A stretch of DNA of 64,000 bases from NCBI RefSeq assembly GCF_009914755.1, contig NC_060935.1; one strand, given 5' to 3'. The first letter of the stretch is position 1; every line of letters begins with the position of its first letter. The notes under the pieces were generated by a model that worked only from the letters and a program-made list of their open reading frames with translations, made no database searches and was not told where the DNA came from. Source of the stretch: the human T2T-CHM13v2.0 reference genome, Homo sapiens. Positions 40,554 through 53,305 of the stretch are shown in pieces. Made by a program: the position numbers and the translations under genes.

Positions 40554-43500
40554 GGGACGGAGGTGCCTGTTTACCCGCGCCGGACTCACCGCCGCCGCCG
40601 CCGCGGGATCCGAGTGCGGGCGCGGGCGCGGGCGCTCCCGGCGAGCCACGGTGAGTGTCAGGCCGGCGGCGGCCAGCGACGCGATCCCGCGCACCCCGTC
40701 GGGGGCCGTTAGCACCCTCGCGGGCGCTGCGCCCCTGCCGCCGCCCCGGGGGCAACCCGGCCGCCGAAGAACCCTGCCCGACGTGCCCGCTGCCGGCCTT
40801 AATGGGCCCGTGACCGCTCCCTGCCCCCACCCGGGCCGTGGGGAGGCTGCGCCCCTTAAAGGCGCCGCGCCCGTCCGCCCCCATCCTCCTCGCGGGGGCT
40901 GCCGCTGCGGGCTAGGGCAGGCAGAGGTGCTGCAGGAGCCCTTAAAGGGGCCGGGAAAGTGTTCGCTGGAGTACCCACCGCCCTTCCGCGGGCATCGCTA
41001 CCTGGCGGGGGGAGGGGGCAGCTAGCTGCCTCTTAAAGGGATAGCTCTGCCCTTGGGGGCAGTGACTCGGCCGAGGAGGACTCCTAGATGTGTCCCCGGG
41101 AGCTTCGGGGATCCCCGAGGGGACCATGCCTGGTGGCTGCCCCTCAAGGGCGTTGGGCGAACGGTGCCGCGTCTGCCCTTCCTCCCCGCTTCACTTCCCT
41201 TTCGGGAGCCCGCGAGGCTGGGTGGGGGCGGGGAGGGCGTCTCCGTCGGGCTTGGGGAGTCCAAGTCCGCCCGCCCCTTCGGCCCTGTAGCCAGGGCTGG
41301 CGCTGCACCCGGGAATCCCCGGCCGGCACGGGGCCGACCCCAGCCTGCGAACTTTCGTGGGGCCTGTGCCGTCCAGGTCCTGGGCGGCCCTCAAGGATGC
41401 CCCGTGGGTCTGCGGGCAGGTGCGCGTCGGCGTGGGGATGTCGCCCGGAGCCCGGGTGCGGGCCGGCCTTGGAGTCCCAGAGCTCCGCGGAGGGCGCAGC
41501 GAGCCTGGCTCCAGCTCCGGGTTTGACAGATGTCAGGGAAGAAAAGGTTCCCGCTCGGCTATTGCCGGGCGTTGACATCCCAGAGAGCTTCCCGTTTGCT
41601 TGGAAGAAGACGAGGAAGGTAGAGGTGAACGTCGATCTTGTGGGGCGCATGTTAGCCTCCCCGAGGGGTCGCGAGAGCCGGCAGCGGGGTGAGCTCAGGT
41701 GCCCGCCGGCAGGAGCTGGTGACGGAAGGGGAGTGCTGGACACCGGCGCCTGCTGTCAAGTTCTCGCCGGCCGGTGAGAGACCCGCTGCCGCCGCGCACC
41801 CCGCACCTCCTGACCCCTCTCCCCTCTCCGCCTCGGCCCCTTCCCGGTCACCTAGCGTTGTTTTGGCGCTTTGGCGCTTGCGGTCTCTTCCTTCTTCCAC
41901 CGCTACTCCTCAGCGAGGAATTATTAGCCAAGTTTTCTCACCCAGCTTCCAAAAATCAGATTCCGTATTTGTGAACAAGCTTTTCTTGACACTACCCGTA
42001 TACCCGTATTTCCAGCATCGTCGTTTTATTAAACATCCATAAAAGCTGCCCCTTAGATGCATTCATTTCCCACGACACCTGCTTGCTTGTCATTTGTCCT
42101 TCTGACATCTGCTGTTGTTCACCCCTTTAATCTATTATTAAATGACAACTATTATTTTAATTCTTCTGGTCTCATTGATATCCGGATCTGTCAATTTGGG
42201 TTGGTGGAGTTTTTAATTAATGTACCCGTTGAATCATGAGCTTAAAATAATCATTGCTGCTCCTGAGCAGTTTTGAATAATATCATGCTCTCTGTGCTTG
42301 CAAGACTTAAAAAAATTCGCTGGTGTTATATTTGATTTCCATATCAATGGAATTCCCAAATATTTTTGAAAATACAAAATTCAGTCTTTCAGTCCATGTT
42401 TTGTTACTCAGATCATTTTACTGATAAGTCTTTAACGCAGCTTATAGAACATATTTAGAAGGTTTGGAAATTTCCTGGACAGGATTTGAAATTGCCTGTA
42501 TCATCTGAAGCTGGGTCTGTAGAAGCATTTTGGTTTTGATTGTAGATGCAGCCAGTGAATGATAACAATAAGTTAAAACTGTAGTTAAATTTGTTCTTTA
42601 TTCAACCCTCTGAAGAACGAACAGATCTGGTAGAAAAGCACTAACCTGGGAGTTAGGAGCTGGACATCCTGGTTCTAGTTTAGGCTTGGGCTCTCATGGC
42701 CGTTCCAGTCGGGGCAAGTTATTAAAGTTTTCTAGGTTGTGTTTGCCTCTGATGGAAAGTAAGACGGTTGAACTAGGTGATCTCAAAGGTTCCTCTCTTT
42801 TGAAGTTCTGTAAGTCTCTAAATATTTAATACATTTGAATTCAGGTTGGTATTTACCTCCTGGCACCTCCAGAATATCTGAGCTGAAGCCCTATTTTCAT
42901 AAGAAAGTTAAGCAGATCAACAGATGGTGTTTTGAAGAATCCATTTCAAATGATTTATAAAATGATGACTACTTACGAGTTTGTCTGCTATTTGCAGAAG
43001 AGGTTTGCATGCCACAGGGCAGGAAAAGGAAGTGGCCATGTTTTCAGATTTATCCCTTCACACCAACAATCTCTGTGGAATTTATATGCTAAAAGATGGA
43101 CAAGCACCATAGAAAGATTTGGCTGTATTAACAAAACTGCATATGAAAAGGTAAAAACTAGATAGTTAATATCTCTCTTTGGTGTAAGGGTTATAATGTA
43201 TCTGAGCTTTCTTTGTGATTTCATCATCAACTCTCACTGTGGTAGGAAAATCAATATTAAATAAACAGTTTCAGCCCCGTGATTACATGCAGTGATTTTA
43301 GGAAGCATCATGATAACTAAAGTAGGTACTTGCAGGGAAGTAAAATATCCTTTCTAGACCTTGAGGTTTCGTTGGGAGCTAGGGACACAGGCATGTTATC
43401 CTTCTCCACAGTCTTTTTTCATTGTCACCTTATCACAAGACTCAGATTTATCCCAAATACCCACCTTGTCTTTTCTTCTCCCTCTCATGAAATAAGACCT

Positions 43501-44108
43501 GCTCTGACTCAACCCCCTCAGCATCTCTTACTTCCCACCCAAAATGTCCTGTCTCTATCCCCATCGTCCCCTCCTCTCCTCCCAATTCAGAGAAAGCAAG
43601 TGGACCTCTCCTCTGTTCCTTTTCTTGGCCTCTCACCATGGGCAAGTGCCTGGGCTCTGGTGGCAGAAGAATCCATGGCTCAGGTTTGGGCTTTGTGGCC
43701 TTGGATGTGTGCTTGACTCCTCTGACCTCAGGTTTCTCCTCTTGGTGTAATGGCAGTGCCTGCCTCGTGGAGTCTGTGTGAGGATTAAGGGAGATGGTGC
43801 ATGTAAAAGGCCTGGCACACAGGAAGCCTTTCCTTTGTGCCAGCTGCCATTCCTTCTCACCTCTACCCGGGTCCTATCACTAGAATATTATTTGTGCTGT
43901 TTGTCCTTAGTCTCCCCTGCCCCACCCTGAAAACCTTAGGCTTGACTTAGGAGAGGAAGGATGGAAGAGGCAGAGTCAGACTTGTGGTGAGCCTGCTGTG
44001 TGCCAGGCAATTTACATGTGTCTTTACTTGGTACCCTGGGTTCGTAAGCCTCTCTTTCCTCCCTCCTGCCAGCCTCCCCCACTCTCCCATCTCCTGCTCC
44101 ATTCTTAG

Positions 44109-44540
<432 letters not shown>

Positions 44541-46074
44541 TGAAGCTTTTACCTCACTTGTTTTTTGTCCTTTGAAATCCTTTCCTCTCTCAGCCTTTGG
44601 GTCATGCTGGTTTCTTGATTCTCTTCCTGCACCCCTGTAAAGATAAATGTCTGTCCTAGCTTCTGCTATTCACACTGTCCGTGGCCTGGGGTCCCCTCTC
44701 TAGCCCTGACCTGTCTCTCCTGTGTTCTGCTAGCAGGTCCGTTGTGGACATGAATGGCAGCCTGTAATCTGCATTTGTGGTCTCGGAGTTACAGGTTTGC
44801 AGACTGCTTGCAAGCACTGTCACATTGAGTCCTCATGACACACTGGAGCCTACATCCCTTCATTCCCCAGGCTGTCCTAAAAGGCAGTTTGGTTGGGTAG
44901 TTTAGCATACAGACTCTGGAGCCAGATTTCACATCCTAAGTATTCCCTACTGGCTTCGTGACTTGTGGTCAATTTTCTTTTGCTCTCTATGCCTTGGTGT
45001 CCTCATCTATAAAACTGGGATCATAGTAGCCCCTACATCAGAGAGTTGAGGTGTGGATTAAATGAGTTAAAGCATTGGAAAAAGTGTGCCAGTCTATTCA
45101 TGGCACATCGCAAACACTCAGTGAATGTTGCTGTCAGTCTTGCTGCTCTTCGTTGCCTTGCCGGGGTGCCTTGGCCTGGTTTGTAGTGGTCTCCACATTC
45201 AGCCTGCCTGTCTGCCAGACCTTGCCATGTGCCTGGACACTGTAGTCAAGCTGAGGGGCTGTCCATTCCCTGTACCAGCCCTTGGCCCAGTCCATCCCTC
45301 AATTTTCACGTGTCCAAATCCTCCTCTGCTTTTAGGACCCAGGGCCTTGGTCCTGCAGCACTATTTCTTCATTTTGTTTTCCTTCCTCCCCACACCTGGC
45401 AGCAATGTCCACATTGATTTTTCTCCAATTCTCTTAGGTTCTGCTGCATTCCATATTGTGTTGGGCTGTCTCTGAAAATATCTCACCTGCTCGCTCAGCC
45501 TGAGCATTCTGGGAGAAGTTTATCTTGCTTTTTCCAAAATGACAGGCACAGGGAGCCTTTAGGCCATGGTTGTCCAATGCACATTGATCTTGTGGAGGAG
45601 GAGATGGGATGGGGTGGGCACTCAGGGACGGAGCAGGTGGAGGGAACAGGATGCACACTGCATAGAGGTGGGGGTGCAACAGGGCCATAAGTGGACATGG
45701 CCGTAAGTACTTAGGTCTGCATGGAAGGAGGGTTTGAATTGGGGACTTAACCTCAGGGGGAGATAAGATTGGATAAGGTTTAGTCATCTTTGCTGCAGGG
45801 GAACGTTGAGTACTGGCATGTAATGGAGAGTGGTTTTTACCTTAGTATGTGCTGTCCTTTTAAATAGTGTAAACTAATTCTTTATCTAGCCTGGTTAAAG
45901 AAGGGGATGGCTGGTCTGCCTAATTTAATATTTGGCTATTGCTCTACCCACTGGGTTTTGTGCATATACTGAATGAAGCATTGGCTTGTATTTATTCCTT
46001 CAATCACTGTTTGAAATGTCTGACCTGGGCAAGTTAATTAGCTTCTCTGAGTGCAAAATAGGAATAATAATTAT

Positions 46075-46300
46075 TACGATAATAGCAGCTAACATTTATT
46101 GAACACTTTCTATGTGCCAGCACATATGTGAGTCACCTTTGCTTATTAACTCATTTAAACCCCATAACAACTACATGAGGCAGGTACTATTATCCTTACT
46201 TCACAAATGAGGTGGTTTTATAAACTGCCCAAGGTCACTCAGCTGTTATGGCTTGGGGCAGAATTTGTGCTGGTGAACTCCAGAGTCTGCCCTGTAACAC
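46075..46300 (-). mobile_element. MIR SINE
   Basis: gcagctaacatttattgaacac...ctcatttaaaccccataacaac...gcccaaggtcactcagct. Confidence 0.8.
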
Positions 46301-46802
46301 CCTAGTAGATTCCTACTGGGAGGAAACACCCCGTTATATCCCTTACCTCACTCAGCCGCACCATGCCAGGAGCCTAGTAGGCTGACAGCAATTGGGAACC
46401 AGTCTTATTGTTGACAAACATGGTATGAGCCTCTTTTAGAGCAGAGCTGCCTGAAACCCTCCGCATAAGGGATGCGGACCTGGATGCTACCTGAGCAGCA
46501 GCTCCAGGGGCTTGTGAACATTCTCCTCACATCCTGTTATGCATGGCTGTCTCTCTGGCCTCCCCCTGCTTTCTCTGCAGCATTGCTCTGACCCAGGCCC
46601 CCTGTGGCTCAGCCAGCTCCTCCCCAGGCAGCTCCTTGTGTGAGATGAACCTTTTAACATAACTCACTAACCCCACCTCCCACCCTCATCTAGCCATCTG
46701 CAGAGCTCCTCACTGGGGAGGGGACCTTTTCAAAGGTCCCTCACCTTCGTCCTTTTCTCCCTGAAGACCAACGTCCACAACTTTGGTATATCCACAGTGT
46801 TG

Positions 46803-46804
<2 letters not shown>

Positions 46805-46853
<49 letters not shown>

Positions 46854-46929
46854 TGTGTGTATATATATATATATATATATGTGTATATATATATATATAT
46901 GTGTATATATATATATGTGTATATATATA

Positions 46930-46961
<32 letters not shown>

Positions 46962-46966
46962 CATAT
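46805..46966 (+). repeat. Compound (GT)20/(AT)n microsatellite
   Basis: Directly visible. Confidence 0.97.
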
Positions 46967-47994
46967 TTTTTAATGCCAGTTGTTCCCCAAATACATTTAG
47001 ATAGTAAGGGACACATTGTTTTATGTCAAGAACCTGTTACATAAAAATGTGTTATATAATGTTCAAATATATACTGCACAGTGAAATTAGATACCACTTT
47101 TTTTTTTTCAAAGAATAAAAGGATAATAAACACAGGCCGTCCTGAATATAATTAACCTCAGATTTGGGAGGCATGGAAGGACGTGCCCTGCCCTCAGAGC
47201 TCTCGTCCTGAGCTCTGCCTTTCTTGAGTGCGCCGGGAGCAGGATGGATGGGAAGTTGGCCTGAATCTGCCATGGTGTGGTACTGTGAGATGCTCTGGAA
47301 ATTGTCTTTTTTTTTTGGCGGGGGGTGGGGGATGCCTTCGCATCTTGCTCACTTGTATCTTTCTCACACCTAAGCAGAGGGAAGAAGCTCTTTTTGCCCC
47401 CTCGTACTTAGACCACCCAGGTCATCTTTTGACCAGTTTTCTGCTCTGCTCAACTCCGTTCAATCTTCCCAGATGACAGGCCAGCTTTGCCTGCTAAGAA
47501 CAGCCCTGGTGCCAGTGGCATGCAGGTGGCACCCCTGTGTCCAGTCTTCCAGGCTCTCCAGGGTCTGGTCCTGTTCCTCCTCCCCAGCCCTGCTTCCCCG
47601 CTCAACCTCCATTCCCAGCCACAGCCCTGTGCCCGAGGTTCAGTCCTCCTTGCCTCTCCGCTGTCCTCCCTAGGCCACCTCACTTCACACTCTCCCTCTG
47701 GCTAGCGGGGTCTTTGCTTAAATTGTTCCCTTGAGGCCTCTCTTCCTTGCCCGTGCCTGCCTTGGATCTCACTTCTCTGTGAGGTACCTCTGATGACATT
47801 TGTTCCCTTTGTGTGTGCTCTCCCTTTTGCTCTTGATTGCCAACCATTCATTCGTTCAGAAGCAGGGGTATGTCATAATGAGCAAATTACCATATCATAC
47901 TGAATCAGGATGGCCAGTTGTCTCATTTTTTAATTGTTTCATGGTTAATTATCTTACGCTCACTTCCCACTCTCCAGTTTCACTCAGTTACTCC

Positions 47995-48360
47995 GTCAGT
48001 GAAGTTTATTGGATGCCTAGCACTGTTGTGGGCACTGAGGATACAGCAGTGAACAAAACAAGGGGCCCGCAGGAGGGGACAGATGATGAATAGTGAAACA
48101 CGTTCATGCCTTGTTGTGAGAAGTGCTAGGAGTGCTAGGATAGCAAGCAAATAGAGTAAAGCAGTAGCGATGAGGTATGGTGGGAGGGAGGGTACCTTAT
48201 CTAGATCACAGGGGAGACCTCTCTGAGGAGGTGACATTTGAACTTAGCTTCAGAAAGATCTGGGGGAAAGTATCCCAGGAAGAGAGAACAGCACATGTAA
48301 AGGCCCTGGGGTTGAAAGGTGCTTGATATTTTTGAGGAAAGTAAAGGCTAGTGTGACTCG
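47995..48360 (-). mobile_element. L2 3' region
   Basis: gggcactgaggatacagcagtgaacaaaaca...cctctctgaggaggtgacatttgaact...aaaggccctgggg. Confidence 0.8.
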
Positions 48361-51080
48361 ATTATGAGCTGCTTGTGTACAGATGTTTTCTGCCTCTTTT
48401 ATACTCCCTTTAACCCTGAGCCCAGTGTTAGGAAGGCCTTGTAAATACTTACATACAGAATTATAGCATTTGTCATTGGTTATATATTATAAAATAGTAA
48501 TTTTATAAAATAATAATTTATCATACCCTGCTTAGAAGGCTTTTAATAAAACATTATATTGCATATAAACAAATTAAGGGTTTGAAGGGTTTTCTTATAA
48601 ATGCACTCCTAGCATGTTTCACCAAATATTACTGTTTTAATTGTGTTTAGTGCAGAACTTTAGACCTCATAATTCTGCTTCATGTGCACAACCATCTTAA
48701 AAACAGGTTTTGTTCCAAAAGTTTATTTGTAAGGCACTAGGTGGAAACTTGGGATAAATTTTTCTATAAGAAACAATGAAGTAAATAGTGATGTAGTTTC
48801 TAGGCGAGCCCTCAAAAGCTATTTAGTGGTGACTGTAGCTGAAAACATACTGGTTGGTATCAGCAGTCGTCAAGCCTTCTGCTGGTAGACCCTCCTCTCA
48901 GTAGCATTGTACCTCATTTGCTGTTAGCAATCATAGGACCCATTTACCTCAGTCACTTCTCCTACTGTATTTTCAGTCTGTTAAAGTTTTATAGAAGGGA
49001 TTTTTTACCTTTATACCTTTAAGATTTGGTTGCATGTGTTATAAATGAGACAGTAGTGCAGAGAGTGGGGAAAACTCTGGACTGGGAGCTGGGAGAGGCC
49101 TGGGCTCCAGACTGGGCCCAGCCACTGACTGGCTGAGTAACTTTGAGTAAGTTATCCTCTTTGAACTTTGATTTCTCAGGTTCTTCTTGGCTGTAAAATC
49201 CTATTGTTTTCTCACCATAGCAGGGAAACATAGATATACTTCGTTGTTCAAACCTGCCCTCAAATGGCTGCCTCTGATTTCTTCTTGAAGAAGTATATGG
49301 CACTCAGCAATGAGGAACTCAAGCAGTTCCCCATGTGTAGAGCTCTGCAGTGACATTCTCAGTAGGAACCTTGATTTTGATCTGCTATCTTTCTTGATGA
49401 GTTGAAAGAAATTTTGTCCCAGAACTTTTGGTCCAGATAAGATTTCTGTGTTCTTGGCCAACTTATCTTCCATATAATTATGTAAATTGTTTTTTCTTTT
49501 TAACTCTTAGGGATAAAAATGGTGACTCTGGCTTGCCTGCTTATAAAATATAGTTATAAGTGCCCTTAGGGAATGGAATGAGTTTGCAGGAGAGAGCAGA
49601 GCTGAAAGAGTGTGGGATCAAAAACAACTTTAAATGTTAAATGCAAAGCTATTTTCAGTACCCTGCTGGAAGAAAAAATTTTTTTCAAGGTTTTAGAGGA
49701 TAGAAGAGGTTTTTGCTCCAAAGAAGAAAGGAACCTAAGGTTTTGCAGTGGTGAAAAGTACCTGATCCTTTAACCAACTACCACCCTCCCTTCCCACCTC
49801 TGAGTTTTGTTTTCGACATCATGAACCACATTTGCCATTTGAGAGGTTTGATATTTAAGTGACGTTAGTGGCAGAGCTCAACTGGCAGTGTTCAAATGAC
49901 TTAGGTGCAGAGTGCTGTGCTGCAAACTTCCCCAGTGCATTCTAGGGTAAGGGATGCCTCATAGAGAGTGACAGAGCACTTTTAGCTCTGCCTCTATTTG
50001 GTCAGTTGTGAATGGTGTGTTCCTTTTTTTCCTTACTTGAAGGCATAGCGAGGAGTTGGTACAAGAAGTTATTGCTTCATGGACTTCACTTTGGAGCTAG
50101 AGGGTGGCATTAGACCTAGCCTGCCTTCTTGGATGCTGGAATACCAGTGGCAATGTCATCTCTTGTTCTCTGCTATACCCCTAGCAATGAAAACAGTGTC
50201 TGTACAGAAAAGTCTCTCAATAAATACTTGTTTATTCCTTCAAAAAGTGAATTCAGCTTTGGATAAATTTTTAATTTCCTCCACTCTCTAGCAGTATAGG
50301 CTTATGAGGTTGGTCTTGCAAGGTACTTTGGAGTTTAGGTTGCCATTTCTTTTTGACATCTGTGTTTTTCTTATTCTTCAGGTTGGTCAGGTATCAGTGT
50401 CTTTTACTGATGATGGTTGTCCCTGCCCTGCTGATGTTCATCTTCTGTTATCTTTAATTGGCTCCAAACTGCAGCAAATCTATAGCTGAGCCACATTAAC
50501 TAAAAGAAAACTTGTTGCATATTTATTTAGGCATAGTACTACACATGTATTTATTCAGTCAACAAATATCTGTGAGTCTATATGCCAAGAATGTTACTAG
50601 ACCCAAAGGAAGAGCAGAAATTGTTGTTGTGACCAAGGAGCCTGCAGTTTGATTGCCTTGTGGAACATCTTTATGAGCATTGTAGAAGGGAGGAGGCTTC
50701 ATAGAACTGGTCAGGTTTTCACCTTTAAGGATGGTAGGATTTCGATTCACAGACAAGGTGAGGACAGGTATTTCCAGGAAGTGGCTGAGCGGAAACAGCA
50801 TAATTAAAAGCACAGAAGTAGGAATGGACCAGTTTGCATTCATGGACACAGACTTGTCTAAAATGGAAGGTTCTTAAATAATGGTGGGAATTTAAGTATG
50901 GAAGATCACTGAAGGCCCAAACCTGAAGCCATTTTAGACACCTAGTGACTTGCCTAAAGTGACAGCTGATAAGTGGTAGATCCAGGCTTAAAATAAGGCC
51001 ATGGGAGCTCTCGACCACTGGCACTGGACTTGGCTGTTTCCCAGCAGTCTCTAGATGCAGGATTTGGGTTTGATTGGGGA

Positions 51081-51101
51081 TTTTCTTTTTTCTTTCTTTC
51101 T

Positions 51102-51133
<32 letters not shown>

Positions 51134-51152
51134 TTTTTTTCTTTTTTTTTTT
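51081..51152 (+). repeat. (TTTC)n / T-rich repeat
   Basis: Directly visible. Confidence 0.9.
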
Positions 51153-52084
51153 GTGATGGACACTGAGATTGGGGGTTTTAGAGTCATGAGCTGGAAATAG
51201 GCAAGGCTCTATTTAGCCCACTCTTTCATTTTGCAGTTGGGGAAACTCAGTGAGGTTAAGTGGCAAGTCGGAGTTTACCTAGTGAGTCAGAGACTGCTAG
51301 GCAATGGATAACCACTGGATTTGTTTTATTATGATTATGATTTTAGTGACATGAAATATTTCTCTCTAAAGCATCAGTCCAGTGTTAGTGTTCCAGTTGG
51401 ATTGGAGCAATGAAGGACTAAATGCAGCACAGACCTGACAGGAGGCTGCTAGATGAATCCAGGAAGGAGAGAGAGAAGCCAGAACTGAGAATTAATTGTC
51501 AATTATGTTAATCAGCATGGTGTTATCAGTCACCCTTTAGATTTCTAGAGTGCGGTGAACATCTGCCTGTGTGAGTGGCTTTCAAGTGTGTGAATCTGCA
51601 CTGTACTGTGACCAAGATACCTTAATGAATTCTCCAGACAGAAAGTGCCACTATGGAAGTCGAATGTTTTAAAACAAATGCCCACATTTTCTGGAAAGAG
51701 CACCAGGAGTCAGATGACCTGCATTTTAGGCTGCTTCTGCTGCTTAGTCACCATATAGCCAAAGCAAATCACTTAATGTCTCAAACTGAGCCTGACTCCT
51801 TATCTGTGGAACAGGTATAACAATTCCTGTTGAGCCCTTTTCAGTGTATGTGTGATGCTTGTGTGAGCTAAGGAAAGAACAGGCATTTTGAAGCTGTAAA
51901 GTTGCTTTCTGGCTGCAGGGAGCAGCAGTGCAGTTTTAATAGTGAAGATGTACTGGCCCTTAAAGGAATAGCCTAGGAGAACCAGAAGAAAGTTCCCCTA
52001 CCTCCAGGGCATGTTTAGGGAATCTGGCGCTGTCCACCAGGTGGGTGCTGATGTGTACTACTTTATTGGATAGGGCCATGTTTT

Positions 52085-52920
52085 TTGTTTATTTGTTTGT
52101 TTTTATTATACTTTAAGTTCTAGGGTACATGTGCACAACACACAGGTTTGTTACATAGGTATACATGTGCCATGTTGGTTTGCTGCACCCATTAACTCAT
52201 CATTTACATTAGGTATATCTCCTAATGCTATCCCTCTCCCAGCCCCCCAGCCCCTGACAGGCCCCGGGGTGTGATGTTCCCCGCCCCGTGTCCAAGTGTT
52301 CTCATTGTTCAGTTCCCACCTATAAGTGAGAACATGCGGTGTTTGGTTTTCTGTCCTTGTGATAGTGTGCTCAGAATGATGGTTTCTAGCTTCATCCATG
52401 TCCCTGCAAAGAACATGAACTCATTCTTTTTTATGGCTGCATAGTATTCCATGGTACATGTGTGCCACATTTTCTTAATCCAGTCTGTCATTGATGGACA
52501 TTTGGGTTGGTTCCAAGTCTTTGCTATTGTGAATAGTGCCACAATAAACATACATATGCATGTGTCTTTATAGTAGCATGATTTATAATCCTTTGGGTAT
52601 ATACCCAGTAATGGGATCACTGGGTCAAATGATATTTCTAGTTCTAGATCCTTGAGGAATCTCCACACTGTATTCCACAATGATTGAACTAGTTTACACT
52701 CCCACCAACAGTGTAAAAGCATTCCTATTTCTCCACATCCTCTCCAGCATCTGTTGTTTCCTGACTTTTTAATGATCACCATTCTAACTGGTGTGAGATG
52801 GTATCTCATTTTGGTTTTGATTTGCATTTCTCTGATGACCAGTGATGATGAGCATTTTTTTCATGTGTCTGTTGGCTGCATAAATGTCTTCTTTTGAGAA
52901 ATGTCTGTTCATATCCTTTG
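52085..52920 (-). mobile_element. 5'-truncated primate L1PA (ORF2 C-terminus + 3'UTR)
   Basis: ORF 52309-52827 ([16 protein letters not shown]...[21 protein letters not shown]) is the L1 ORF2p Cys-rich end; 17-bp TSD GGATAGGGCCATGTTTT at 52068-52084 and 52921-52937. Confidence 0.97.
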
Positions 52921-53268
52921 GGATAGGGCCATGTTTTAAAGATGATTACATTTCACCCCCGTAAGCCTGGGCATGGACGGAAAAGTTAGGCATGGATAGC
53001 CATGTGAATCTATTATCTGTAGACACCTTTCAGGATAGTGACAGGCAGCTGTGAACCAGAAAAACAAGTGTCAGAATCTAGCCAGCTGGCCAGTCTGGCA
53101 TTCTTGGATGTTTCATCTGTCCTGGGGCATTAGGCAGCGATCCAGAGGAACCTTGATTAGCCTGGGGGATTCATGGCTGAGCCAGCATGCTGTCCAGGTA
53201 ATACCTGGCTGCAAAGCCTGACTGGAGATCTGCCAAATCTAAATTTCTGCCAGCATTACAAGTGTATA

Positions 53269-53270
<2 letters not shown>

Positions 53271-53303
<33 letters not shown>
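53271..53303 (+). repeat. (TTA)n microsatellite at a MIR end
   Basis: Directly visible. Confidence 0.9.

Positions 53304-53305
<2 letters not shown>

Larger units (their letters stand above)
40500..40650 (+). other. BMAL1: Non-coding first (5'UTR) exon of BMAL1/ARNTL; start approximate, 3' end set by splice donor
   Basis: Strong donor ACG|GTGAGT at 40648-40656 just downstream of a CCAAT/GC-box promoter; no ATG in this stretch. The RORE pair 25 bp apart is the known hallmark of the BMAL1 start region. Identity is by recognition, not alignment. Confidence 0.88.
39950..41920. promoter_or_regulatory. BMAL1: CpG island spanning the promoter, exon 1 and start of intron 1
   Basis: Abrupt change to very GC- and CpG-rich, repeat-free sequence against a CpG-depleted background. 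Boundaries approximate. Confidence 0.95.

Noticed and set aside
39845-42042. Long overlapping ORFs (up to 229 aa) on both strands
   Set aside because: Expected from stop-codon scarcity in a GC-rich island; low-complexity Arg/Gly/Pro/Ala, no recognisable domain, and no bHLH-PAS sequence.
46710-47044. YI/CV-repeat ORFs (and KER/FLS-rich ORFs at 33.9-34.5 kb)
   Set aside because: Translations of microsatellites.
47037-49485. D-box words (TTACATAA 47037, TTATGTAA 49478) and isolated CACGTG E-boxes (~45307, ~62412)
   Set aside because: Single short motifs at about chance frequency, with no clustering.
52309-52827. 172-aa ORF
   Set aside because: Truncated L1 ORF2p C-terminus inside a TSD-bounded insertion; not a host gene.
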